Assembly: GCA_034722055.1 (NCBI GenBank)
Contig: JAYENL010000324.1
Location: forward strand, 1-53,047
Length of the DNA: 53,047 nt
Origin: Armatimonadota bacterium
GTDB lineage: Bacteria > Armatimonadota > Zipacnadia > Zipacnadales > UBA5352
Direction of reading: 5' to 3'
In this document: one piece after another, positions 1 through 9,347 of the stretch
Numbering within the stretch: position 1 is the stretch's first letter
Layout of the letters: each line of letters starts with the position of its first letter
Notes under the pieces: generated by a model
Seen by the model: only the letters and a program-made list of their open reading frames with translations
What the model was told of the DNA's origin: nothing
Databases searched by the model: none
Position numbers and translations under genes: made by a program

Positions 1-131
1 TGGGGTCGCGGGCCGGCTTCGTCGCGCATAAAGGGCATGCGCTCCTCAGGCGGCCCCTCCGCGGGCATCGGCGGCGTCACTGCAGAGGACAGGCACATGA
101 ATCTGGATGCTGCCCATCTCTCTGCACCGGC

Positions 132-160
132 TTGCGCGCCGTCGGGGAGTCTGCTATACT
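132..160 (+). promoter_or_regulatory. sigma70-type promoter of the T-box/cimA transcript
   Basis: TTGCGC(132-137)-N17-TATACT(155-160) with extended -10 TG, just upstream of the T-box leader. Confidence 0.75.
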
Positions 161-177
161 CTTCGCAACATAGTTGA

Positions 178-498
178 GGCGATGACGGGGACGAGTAGGC
201 GCCGGTACACCGAGGTCGCGAGGCGGCCATACCAGCGAGCCGGGGACGGTGGAAGCCCGGTGGGCTCTGTCGGCGGCGAAGATCACCCCCGAGCCGCGGT
301 CCGAAAGGAGGCGCCGGCTCCTCCCAGTAGGCTCCGCCGGGTCACCTCCGTTATCAGGTAGACGGCATCGGCGCGCCAACATGCGGCCCGTGTCGGCAGA
401 GCGGGCCCTTCCGCCCCGGCGGCGTGAGACCGGTGGGAGGGCCAATCAGAGTGGTACCGCGGATTCCGAGTCCGCCTCTGAGCGAGGCGGACTCTTTC
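178..498 (+). ncRNA. T-box riboswitch, probable Ile (AUC) specifier
   Basis: Stem I features (GCGATGA..GGGACGAGTAG, AGCGAGC, GGTGGAAG); specifier loop GAAG-ATC-A with ATC at 282-284; T-box motif AATCAGAGTGGTACCGCG at 444-461 overlapping a terminator/antiterminator; lies upstream of an Ile-pathway enzyme. Confidence 0.9.
468..498 (+). terminator. T-box leader intrinsic terminator
   Basis: GAGTCCGCCTC-TGAGC-GAGGCGGACTC hairpin followed by TTTC. Confidence 0.8.
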
Positions 499-559
499 GC
501 GTACCCGCTCGTCGCTCAGGCCCGCGGCGCGCGCCGGTGCTAACTCAAGGGTGATTGTG

Positions 560-2164
560 ATGCGCAAGGTCATGATCTACGACACCACACTCCGCGACGG
601 CTGCCAGGCCGAGGGGATCTCGCTCAGCGTGCACGACAAGCTGCGGATCGCCCACCGCCTGGACCAGATGGGCTTCGACTACATCGAGGGTGGCTGGCCC
701 AATGAGACCAACCCCCGCGACCGGGAGGTGTTCGAGCGCGCCCGCGACCAGGACTGGCAGCACGCCAAGTTCGCCGCCTTCGGCAGCACCCGGCGGCCCG
801 GAATCGCGCCTGAGGACGACTCCAACCTTCAGTTCCTCGTCGCCTCCGGCGCTCCCGTCATCACCATCTTCGGGAAGAGCTGGGATCTGCACGTCACCGA
901 CGTGCTGCGCACCACGCTGGACGAGAACCTGGCCATGATCGAGGACAGCGTGGCCTTCCTCGAGGAGAGCGGTGCGGAGGTCATCTTCGACGCCGAGCAC
1001 TTCTTCGACGGCTACCGCGCAGACCCCGAGTTCGCGCTTCAGACCCTCCGCGCGGCCGAGCGGGGCGGGGCGGAGTGCCTCGTGCTGTGCGACACCAATG
1101 GCGGGAGCATGCCCTCCTTCGTCAGCGACGTGATGGGCGCGGTCAGGGAGGCCGTTGAGACTCCGCTGGGCGTGCACTGCCACGACGATGCCGGGATGGC
1201 CGCGGCCAACTCCCAGATCGCCGTGGAGATGGGTGCCTCGCACGTGCAGGGGACCATCAACGGCTACGGAGAGCGCACCGGGAACGCCAACCTCTGCACC
1301 GTCATCCCCAACCTGGAGCTGAAGGCCGGCGTGCGCGCGCTCCCGGAGGGCAGGCTCCAGGAGCTCACGCAGCTCTCCCGGTGGGTGGATGAGGTCGCCC
1401 TCGTCCAGCACAATGAGCGCGCCCCCTACGTCGGCGCCGCGGCCTTCGCCCACAAGGGCGGCATGCACGTCAACGCCGTCCTCAAAACGCCCACCTCCTT
1501 CGAGCATGTCGAGCCCCAGAGCGTCGGGAATGAGCGCCGCGTGCTCGTCTCCGACTACTCCGGCGGCAGCACCATCCTGCACAAGCTGCAGCACCTCTAT
1601 CCGGACCTCGATCGCAAGGACCCGCGCCTGCGACGGGTCCTCGATGAGTTGAAGCAGCGTGAGCATCGGGGCTATCAGTACGAGGCCGCAGAGGCCTCCT
1701 TCGAGCTGCTGGCCCGCCGCATCTTCGGCGACGACCCGTCGCTGTTCGAGCTCCAGGGCTTCCGGGTCATTATGGGCAAGCACTCCCAGGATGAGGAGCC
1801 CTTCGCGGAGGCCACCGTGCAGCTCGACCTGCCCGACGCCGCGCCGCCGGTGCACACGGCCTCCATGGGCGACGGCCCGGTTCACGCCCTCGACCAGGCC
1901 CTCCGCAAGGCCCTTCGGGAGATGTACCCGGAGATCGCCGGCATGCACCTGGTGGACTACAAGGTCCGCGTCCTCGACGCCACCGAGGGGACCAGCGGCG
2001 CCGTGCGCGTGGTCATCCAGACCAGCAACAACGGAGAGATCTGGGGCACGGTCGGCGTCCACGAGAACATCATCGAGGCGAGCTGGCAGGCGCTCACCGA
2101 CAGCATCGTCCACGGCATCATCACCGCCAGGCAGCGGGAGAGCCGCAGTGATGCCAGCGGATAG
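560..2164 (+). CDS. cimA: Citramalate synthase (LeuA/CimA DRE-TIM family)
   Basis: YDTTLRDG, IEGGWP, FGKSW, FDAEHFFDG, HCHDDAGMAAANS, GERTGNANL, FAHKGGMH and C-terminal GDGPVHALD..DYKVR regulatory domain; start could also be GTG 551 or 557. Confidence 0.9.
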   Translation: MRKVMIYDTTLRDGCQAEGISLSVHDKLRIAHRLDQMGFDYIEGGWPNETNPRDREVFERARDQDWQHAKFAAFGSTRRPGIAPEDDSNLQFLVASGAPVITIFGKSWDLHVTDVLRTTLDENLAMIEDSVAFLEESGAEVIFDAEHFFDGYRADPEFALQTLRAAERGGAECLVLCDTNGGSMPSFVSDVMGAVREAVETPLGVHCHDDAGMAAANSQIAVEMGASHVQGTINGYGERTGNANLCTVIPNLELKAGVRALPEGRLQELTQLSRWVDEVALVQHNERAPYVGAAAFAHKGGMHVNAVLKTPTSFEHVEPQSVGNERRVLVSDYSGGSTILHKLQHLYPDLDRKDPRLRRVLDELKQREHRGYQYEAAEASFELLARRIFGDDPSLFELQGFRVIMGKHSQDEEPFAEATVQLDLPDAAPPVHTASMGDGPVHALDQALRKALREMYPEIAGMHLVDYKVRVLDATEGTSGAVRVVIQTSNNGEIWGTVGVHENIIEASWQALTDSIVHGIITARQRESRSDASG

Positions 2165-3101
2165 ACGGCAGCCGGAGATCACCTACGTGGTGCATTTCCG
2201 GACCTCTCGCGGCGCGGGTGGTGTCCTCCACGAGACCGCCCGCGCCGAGCTGCTGGCCGCCACCGGCAACCTGCCGGTGAGCCTCGTCGGGGAGCACCCC
2301 GCCCGCAACCGCCTCCGGGTGCGCGTCCCGGCAGGCTGCGAGCCGGACCTGCTGCAGCTCATGCCTCGCCTGGGGTACACCGAGGCGCTGGTGCAGGTCA
2401 CCCGCCATCCGGGTGCCGGTCTCGGCGTCGAGCACCGCCCGCCACGGAAGGTCGAGCGGTGGCTGGTGGGCGCGTACCGGCGCGGGGACGATCTGGAGAT
2501 CCACGAGCTCATCTGGCGCGCAGACGAGCAGGCCCGCCTGGCGCGCTCTCCCCACAGCCGCCCCTTCAAGGTGCGCATCGATGGCGAGATCGAGCTCAGC
2601 CTTGGCCGCCGCCGGCACCGCCGCCTCTCCTGCTGCGACGCCATGGTGATGCTCAACCTCGCCCGTGTTGACGCCGGCGCCCTCGTGGTGGACCCCTTCG
2701 CCGGCATCGGCGGCATCGCGCTGGAGGCCCGTCGCATGGGCCTGCAGTGCCTGTCCGGAGACATCGCTCTGGCGCTGGCACCCGGCCTTCGGGAGGTCAG
2801 CGGCGGCCTCGCAGCGATCTGGGACGCCGCGGCCCTGCCCCTCTCCGATGCCTGTGCCGACGCGGTCGTCACCGAGCCACCCTACGAGGAGCAGCTCCAG
2901 GCTGACGTCGCCGCCGCTATGCCCGAGATGGCGCGCATCCTCAAGCCCTGCGCCTATGCGGTGGTGCTGATGCAGGAGGAGCTGGCCGACGACACGCTGC
3001 AGGCCGCTGCGAGCGCCGGTCTTACCTCCTGCGGGCAGCATCCCATCCGGCGCGCCGGAGGGCTGATGGCGCGCGTGATGGTCCTCCAGCACCGCCGGTA
3101 G
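2151..3101 (+). CDS. Class I SAM-dependent methyltransferase (Trm11/Trm14/RlmL-like putative RNA methylase)
   Basis: VVDPFAGIGGIALEA (motif I) and DAVVTEPPY (motif IV); ATG 2151 overlaps the end of cimA. Confidence 0.7.
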   Translation: MPADRRQPEITYVVHFRTSRGAGGVLHETARAELLAATGNLPVSLVGEHPARNRLRVRVPAGCEPDLLQLMPRLGYTEALVQVTRHPGAGLGVEHRPPRKVERWLVGAYRRGDDLEIHELIWRADEQARLARSPHSRPFKVRIDGEIELSLGRRRHRRLSCCDAMVMLNLARVDAGALVVDPFAGIGGIALEARRMGLQCLSGDIALALAPGLREVSGGLAAIWDAAALPLSDACADAVVTEPPYEEQLQADVAAAMPEMARILKPCAYAVVLMQEELADDTLQAAASAGLTSCGQHPIRRAGGLMARVMVLQHRR

Positions 3102-3170
3102 GCGCGGCCCGCATGGCCCACGACGGTCGTCCGGAGCAGCGGTGTCCTCGGACCCGCCGGCCGTTTGTCG

Positions 3171-5432
3171 TCAGCCGTTGTCGTCGCCGCGGCGCAGGAC
3201 CAACACCACGGGGTTCCTCTCGCCGAGGTCCACCCCGAACTCTCGCTCCGCACCCGCCACCTCCGCGATGGTCTCGCGCAGGTCCGCATCCTCGACCCGC
3301 CACGTCTCGTCTTCCGCCACTCTCAGGCGCACCTCGCCGGGGTCGTCGTAGTCGCGCACCAGTGCCACAAGCTCGTCATTGCGCCGATACGCGGTGACGT
3401 CGCCCGCGCCGTCCGCGACGCTGAGCAGATCGCTTGGCTCGCCGTCCAGCAGCGTGTCCTCGATACGAGCCAGGACATCGTTGGCCCTGGCGATGGCCGC
3501 CAGTGTCCCGGCGTCGCTGCGGGGATACGTCCACAGCACGTAGCCCATCGTCGGCGCGAAGGCCGCCTCCAGCACCTGTGCCCGGCCCTCCTCGGGAGGG
3601 AAGACCTGGCGGCCGTTGCTGGGCTCGCCGAGCGTCAGGCCCACCAGCAGGTTCTCGCGCCCGGCCGCCTCCACCAGTGGCAGAAGCTGGTCGCGGACAG
3701 CCCCGGCGCGGTCGTAGAGCATCGGCACCAGGTGATCCAGGCCCTGCGGCAGCATCTCCGGATCGTGGAGATTGTAGTACATCTTGTCGAGGTGGGTGCT
3801 CATTGACAGCCACGAGTCCAGCCACGGCTGCGGGCTGCTCTGTGCGCCGCGCGCGGCCACCTCGTCCAGCAGCATCCTCCGCCAGCCGGCGAACATGTCG
3901 GTCACCAGCCAGCACTTGAAGCGCGTCCACGCCTCGTGATGCTCGGGGTAGTCGTCGGGGTCGCCCTCGAACTGTAGCGGCGAGACGGCCTCAAGCTCCG
4001 GGTAGTGCTCGGCGCGGTACTCCTCCCAGCGCCGCAGGCATCGCTCGCAGAAGCAGATCCCGTGGCCGTCGTAGACCTCCTCATCCATGTGCGCCCAGGA
4101 GATGCCCGACGCCGCCATGTTCGCCATCATCCGCCCCTCGTGCTGCCAGGCGTTCCCGCGGTAGGAGGGACAGGGCTTGGTGGGAATGCGCGTGCCGTCG
4201 ATGGTGCAGGCTTGCGCGTCCTCCTCGGCCGCCAGCAGCTCGTCATAGTGCGGGTAGTTCATCGGCGAGTAGTTCGCCGAGGCCATGAAGCCGGCGTGCC
4301 GCCACGCCTCGACCTGCTCCACCACGCTGGGGATCGGCTCAGCCGGCCATCTGGAGGTCAGCCACAGGTTCACGGCGTTGAGGCCCAGCCGGCGGGCGTA
4401 CTCGACTGCATCCCCCGGATAGACGCTGGTTGAGATGCCCGAGAGCCCGCAGATGAGGCGCTCCGGGCGCCGCGCCATGGGCATCTCGATGCATCGCAGC
4501 TCGAAGCGGTGCGCCGGCTCCTGCCTGCCGCCATCCCACTCCAGCCACACGCGCCCGGTCCCACTCCGGCCCGGCTCCCAGGTTGTGCTCAGCCAGACGG
4601 GACAGTAGGGCACCACCCCCGTGAGCACCGCGCGCGTGCCGGCGTCCCCATGGGTCTGCTCCAGGTCCCAGGCGCGATAGGTGCCTGCGGCCTCCACGCC
4701 CTCTGGCAGCTCCACGACCATGCGCATCCCGGCCGCCTGGGGGTCCTCGAAGGCATTGCGGTTGCTCAGCCACACCACCGCCGGGAACTGTGGATGCACG
4801 TGTGCCGTCCCGCGCCCGAAGTAGGCCACGCCGGTCTCCGGCTCCGGCGCCACCCAGCCGTAGCCGTGGGCGCGGCCGGTCAGCTCCCCGGCCTCCGCGG
4901 GGCTGACCACGCGCAGGGACGGCCTGGCGAACCACACAGTGCCGCAGACGTTGTTGAGCATCGGGATGACATACATCTGGGGCCGGTCGCCGGAGTTGAA
5001 GACGCAGGTGAGCGTGTGCCAGCCGGTCCCGGCCTGGTGAGCCCAGAGCCGGTCGGCGGTCAGGGTCCGCGCGTTCTCGTCCCCGATGAACAGGCGCACC
5101 CCGCGGCTGGTGGTAACGAAGTCCTCCGCTCGCACCCACACCTGGGCGGCGTAGATGGTCCTCGGCTCAGGGACGAAGGCCTGACTGACCGCCGAGTAGA
5201 CCGGCTTCTCCTGCCTGAAGCGCAGGCTGGGGCTGCCCTCCAGTGTCATCTCTGTGTCCGCGACGATCTCCACCACGTCCGGGCCGGCGCCGTAGCGAAT
5301 GTGCCAGCCGAAGTCCTCCGCGTCCGGATCGCCGGCGAACTGGGGGTTGTCCAGCAGATTCGGCCCCGCAGCGGTGGCGGCGGGCGCGGACACGAGGCCC
5401 AACACAGCGACGAAGGTCAGGCAGTTGCGCAT
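3171..5432 (-). CDS. Secreted protein with N-terminal carbohydrate-binding-like domain and glycoside-hydrolase-like barrel
   Basis: Signal peptide, NLLDNPQF (CBM4/9-like start), PCPS and DEE..GICFCERC motifs typical of GH-like barrels; RBS GGAGG. Confidence 0.55.
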   Translation of the reverse strand: MRNCLTFVAVLGLVSAPAATAAGPNLLDNPQFAGDPDAEDFGWHIRYGAGPDVVEIVADTEMTLEGSPSLRFRQEKPVYSAVSQAFVPEPRTIYAAQVWVRAEDFVTTSRGVRLFIGDENARTLTADRLWAHQAGTGWHTLTCVFNSGDRPQMYVIPMLNNVCGTVWFARPSLRVVSPAEAGELTGRAHGYGWVAPEPETGVAYFGRGTAHVHPQFPAVVWLSNRNAFEDPQAAGMRMVVELPEGVEAAGTYRAWDLEQTHGDAGTRAVLTGVVPYCPVWLSTTWEPGRSGTGRVWLEWDGGRQEPAHRFELRCIEMPMARRPERLICGLSGISTSVYPGDAVEYARRLGLNAVNLWLTSRWPAEPIPSVVEQVEAWRHAGFMASANYSPMNYPHYDELLAAEEDAQACTIDGTRIPTKPCPSYRGNAWQHEGRMMANMAASGISWAHMDEEVYDGHGICFCERCLRRWEEYRAEHYPELEAVSPLQFEGDPDDYPEHHEAWTRFKCWLVTDMFAGWRRMLLDEVAARGAQSSPQPWLDSWLSMSTHLDKMYYNLHDPEMLPQGLDHLVPMLYDRAGAVRDQLLPLVEAAGRENLLVGLTLGEPSNGRQVFPPEEGRAQVLEAAFAPTMGYVLWTYPRSDAGTLAAIARANDVLARIEDTLLDGEPSDLLSVADGAGDVTAYRRNDELVALVRDYDDPGEVRLRVAEDETWRVEDADLRETIAEVAGAEREFGVDLGERNPVVLVLRRGDDNG

Positions 5433-5558
5433 GAGAGCACCTCCACCGCCCTCAGTTCAGCGCCGCGTGTGGGAGCTCCTCCACGAATCGCGGCGGGCGG
5501 CCCGTATCGGGCCGCCCGCGTGATCGAGCGTCACGGCTATTGCTTCGCTCAGAGCCGT

Positions 5559-5596
5559 CGCGGCGAGCCGGGATCCGGCCCGGCGCGCCGCGGCGA
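5559..5596 (-). terminator. GC-rich hairpin downstream of groEL
   Basis: CGCGGCG-A-GCCGGG-loop-CCCGGC-G-CGCCGCG inverted repeat, without a clear U-tract. Confidence 0.35.
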
Positions 5597-5617
5597 ACTG
5601 TGGCCCTGCGTCCGCTC

Positions 5618-7255
<1,638 letters not shown>

Positions 7256-7279
7256 TCAGGGAATACTCGCCTGCCGGAG

Positions 7280-7564
7280 CTACTCCCGCACCGCCAGGAT
7301 GTCTTCCTCGTTCACGATGAGGTAGTCCTCACCGTCGATCTGGACCTCCGTCCCGCCGAAGGAGGCGTAGATCACGATGTCGCCCTCCTCGACGCTCAGA
7401 CCCATCGGCTCACCGTCCGCATCGATCTCACCGGGGCCTGTGGCGACAACCTTCCCCTCCCGGGGCCGCTCCTGGGCGGCCTCGGGCAGAATGATGCCAC
7501 CGGCGCTCTTCTCCTCCGCCTCCAGGGGCTTGACCAGCACCCGTTCTCCAAGCGGCTTCAGCAT
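7280..7564 (-). CDS. groES: Co-chaperonin GroES
   Basis: [32 protein letters not shown]. Confidence 0.99.
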   Translation of the reverse strand: MLKPLGERVLVKPLEAEEKSAGGIILPEAAQERPREGKVVATGPGEIDADGEPMGLSVEEGDIVIYASFGGTEVQIDGEDYLIVNEEDILAVRE

Positions 7565-7664
7565 TCGACAGACACCACCTTACTGACAGACTGTTCCGTG
7601 CGCGAATCCTGGATATCGGCCTCAGGCAGCCGCTCCGGGGCCGTCTGACGGCCTGCGAAGCGGG

Positions 7665-7691
7665 TTAGCACTCTCGGCCCGAGAGTGCTAA
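7665..7691. promoter_or_regulatory. CIRCE element (HrcA operator)
   Basis: Exact TTAGCACTC-N9-GAGTGCTAA upstream of groES. Confidence 0.97.
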
Positions 7692-7699
7692 CCGTCTGG

Positions 7700-7727
7700 A
7701 TTATAACAGACTCGTAGCATCTGTCAA
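7700..7727 (-). promoter_or_regulatory. sigma70 promoter of groESL
   Basis: TTGACA-N16-TATAAT on the minus strand, immediately upstream of CIRCE. Confidence 0.9.
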
Positions 7728-7836
7728 GGCCTCCGGCGACGCGGGTGCAAATTCGCAGCGTCGCCGGCCCGCGGCGCCGAGGACAGCGCGCGTGTGAGGG
7801 ACATGTGGCGCTGCCTCCAAGCCGCCATCTGCTGCC

Positions 7837-8041
7837 ATGGAGGGGCCGCCGCGAGCGAAGCGAGCGGGGCGCGGTCAGGAGCAGTAGGGACTGACCGCGC
7901 AGGTTCCACCCCGGCCCACTGGAGACCTTCGGTCTCACGGGCTTCCAGCCCGACCATCAGCGCAGGCGCCCTCGCCTGCACGGCGTTTCGCTTTCGGCAC
8001 TGATGCGTCCTGGGCCGGGGTGAAACCTTCGTCCCCTCCAC
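7837..8041 (+). repeat. Nested palindromic intergenic element, copy A
   Basis: TGGAGGGG..CCCCTCCA outer ends; AGGTTCCACCCCGGCCCA(7901-7918)/TGGGCCGGGGTGAAACCT(8011-8028) inner arms; several internal hairpins; homologous to 13673-13931 and 38305-38487. Confidence 0.75.
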
Positions 8042-8135
8042 CGGGTATGCCGCTCATCTTGAACGGAACCAAGCGCTGAGTGGGCTCCTTGTCAACATAC
8101 GCGGAATTGCGCAGGTCAGCACTGGGGGTGCATTG

Positions 8136-8151
8136 TGGCACAGTCTTTGCT
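8136..8151 (+). promoter_or_regulatory. Putative sigma54 (-24/-12) promoter
   Basis: TGGCAC-AGTCT-TTGCT, an exact match to TGGCAC-N5-TTGCW. Confidence 0.55.
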
Positions 8152-8244
8152 CATCAGTCGTTGGTCGCGAGCGTGAGCCTGGCGACCCGGAGCTTGCAGA
8201 CCTTGAAGACGCCGCCCTTGGCGGCGGCCGATTGCGCCAAGGCC

Positions 8245-8273
8245 TTGACAGGAAAGTTAGGCTGTGCTAACTT
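8245..8273 (+). promoter_or_regulatory. sigma70 promoter with overlapping palindromic operator (likely DtxR-family box)
   Basis: TTGACA(8245-8250)-N17-TAACTT(8268-8273); inverted repeat AAGTTAG-N6-CTAACTT at 8254-8273. Confidence 0.75.
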
Positions 8274-8313
8274 CGTCCACGGAGCTGTCGTTGAGGACCG
8301 ACCGGAGGTCACC

Positions 8314-9066
8314 ATGGCTGAGGTCGCCGAGCTGACCGAGTCCCTTGAGGACTACCTGGAGGCCATCTTCCACCTTCTCAGGCGCCAGGACGCCGTGCGG
8401 GTCAAGGACATCGCGGAGCACCTGCGCGTAAAGATGCCCTCGGTCAGCGCCGCCATTCAGGCGCTGAAGGAGCGCGGACTGGTCACCCACGAGCGCTATG
8501 GCGCGGTCTCGCTGACCAGCGAGGGCCGCAGCACGGCGGAGTTCCTGTCACGGCGCCATTACGCCCTTGTGGCCTTCCTGCGCGACATCCTGGACCTGGA
8601 CGAGGAGCAGGCGGAGAAGGAGGCCTGCGGCATCGAGCACGCGCTGAGCGCCGAGACGCTCCGTCGGCTGCTGGCGCTGATCGATTTCGTTGAGCGCTGC
8701 CCGCGCGGGGGCGAGCACTGGCTGGAGCACCTGGCTGGCCGGTGGAGCGACGTTCCCTGCCACAACGATTGCGCCAAGTGCATCGCTGACATCGAGGTGC
8801 CCAAGCAGCATCCCTTCGCCCGGCGCCGCAGCGCCACGGAGACCACGCTCGACCGCCTCTCTCCAGGTGACCAGGCACGGGTCCTGCGGCTGTCGGGACA
8901 GGCCGGGATCCGGCGTCGCATCATGGACATGGGCGTGACGCCGGGGGCCGAGGTGGAGGTGGAGCGCCTGGCGCCGCTGGGCGACCCCATCGAGGTCGAG
9001 GTGCGCGGCTACCACCTGTCACTACGCAAGCGGGAGGCGGCCCAGATTGCTGTCGAGCCGCTCTGA
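8314..9066 (+). CDS. DtxR/MntR-family metal-dependent repressor with C-terminal FeoA domain
   Basis: SLEDYLEAIF, KDIAEHL, EACGIEHALS, and FeoA motif MGVTPG..APLGDPIEV.RGYHLSLRK; RBS GGAGG. Confidence 0.92.
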   Translation: MAEVAELTESLEDYLEAIFHLLRRQDAVRVKDIAEHLRVKMPSVSAAIQALKERGLVTHERYGAVSLTSEGRSTAEFLSRRHYALVAFLRDILDLDEEQAEKEACGIEHALSAETLRRLLALIDFVERCPRGGEHWLEHLAGRWSDVPCHNDCAKCIADIEVPKQHPFARRRSATETTLDRLSPGDQARVLRLSGQAGIRRRIMDMGVTPGAEVEVERLAPLGDPIEVEVRGYHLSLRKREAAQIAVEPL

Positions 9067-9307
9067 CCTGCCACCATCCGGTGCCGTACTGCCCCTGCCC
9101 ATGATGTCCGCGGGGCAGGTGGGCGAGATCGTGCGGCTGTGCGGCGGCCGTGGCCCGGTGCGACGCCTCACCGAGATGGGCGTGGTGCCGGGAGCGTGGA
9201 TCGAGGTGCTCAGCGACGGCGGCGGCCCCATGATCGTGCGGGTGGGCGGGACCAGGCTCGGCCTCGCTCCCGGCATAGCCCGCCGCGTGCTCGTCAGGCC
9301 CCGGTGA
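9047..9307 (+). CDS. feoA: Ferrous iron transport protein A
   Basis: RRLTEMGVVPG..GGPMIVRVGGTRLGL; start uncertain (TTG 9047 or ATG 9101). Confidence 0.85.
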   Translation: MLSSRSDLPPSGAVLPLPMMSAGQVGEIVRLCGGRGPVRRLTEMGVVPGAWIEVLSDGGGPMIVRVGGTRLGLAPGIARRVLVRPR

Positions 9308-9347
9308 CAAGGCCCGGCGGCTTCCAGTCGCGGGAGGAGCGGCCGTT

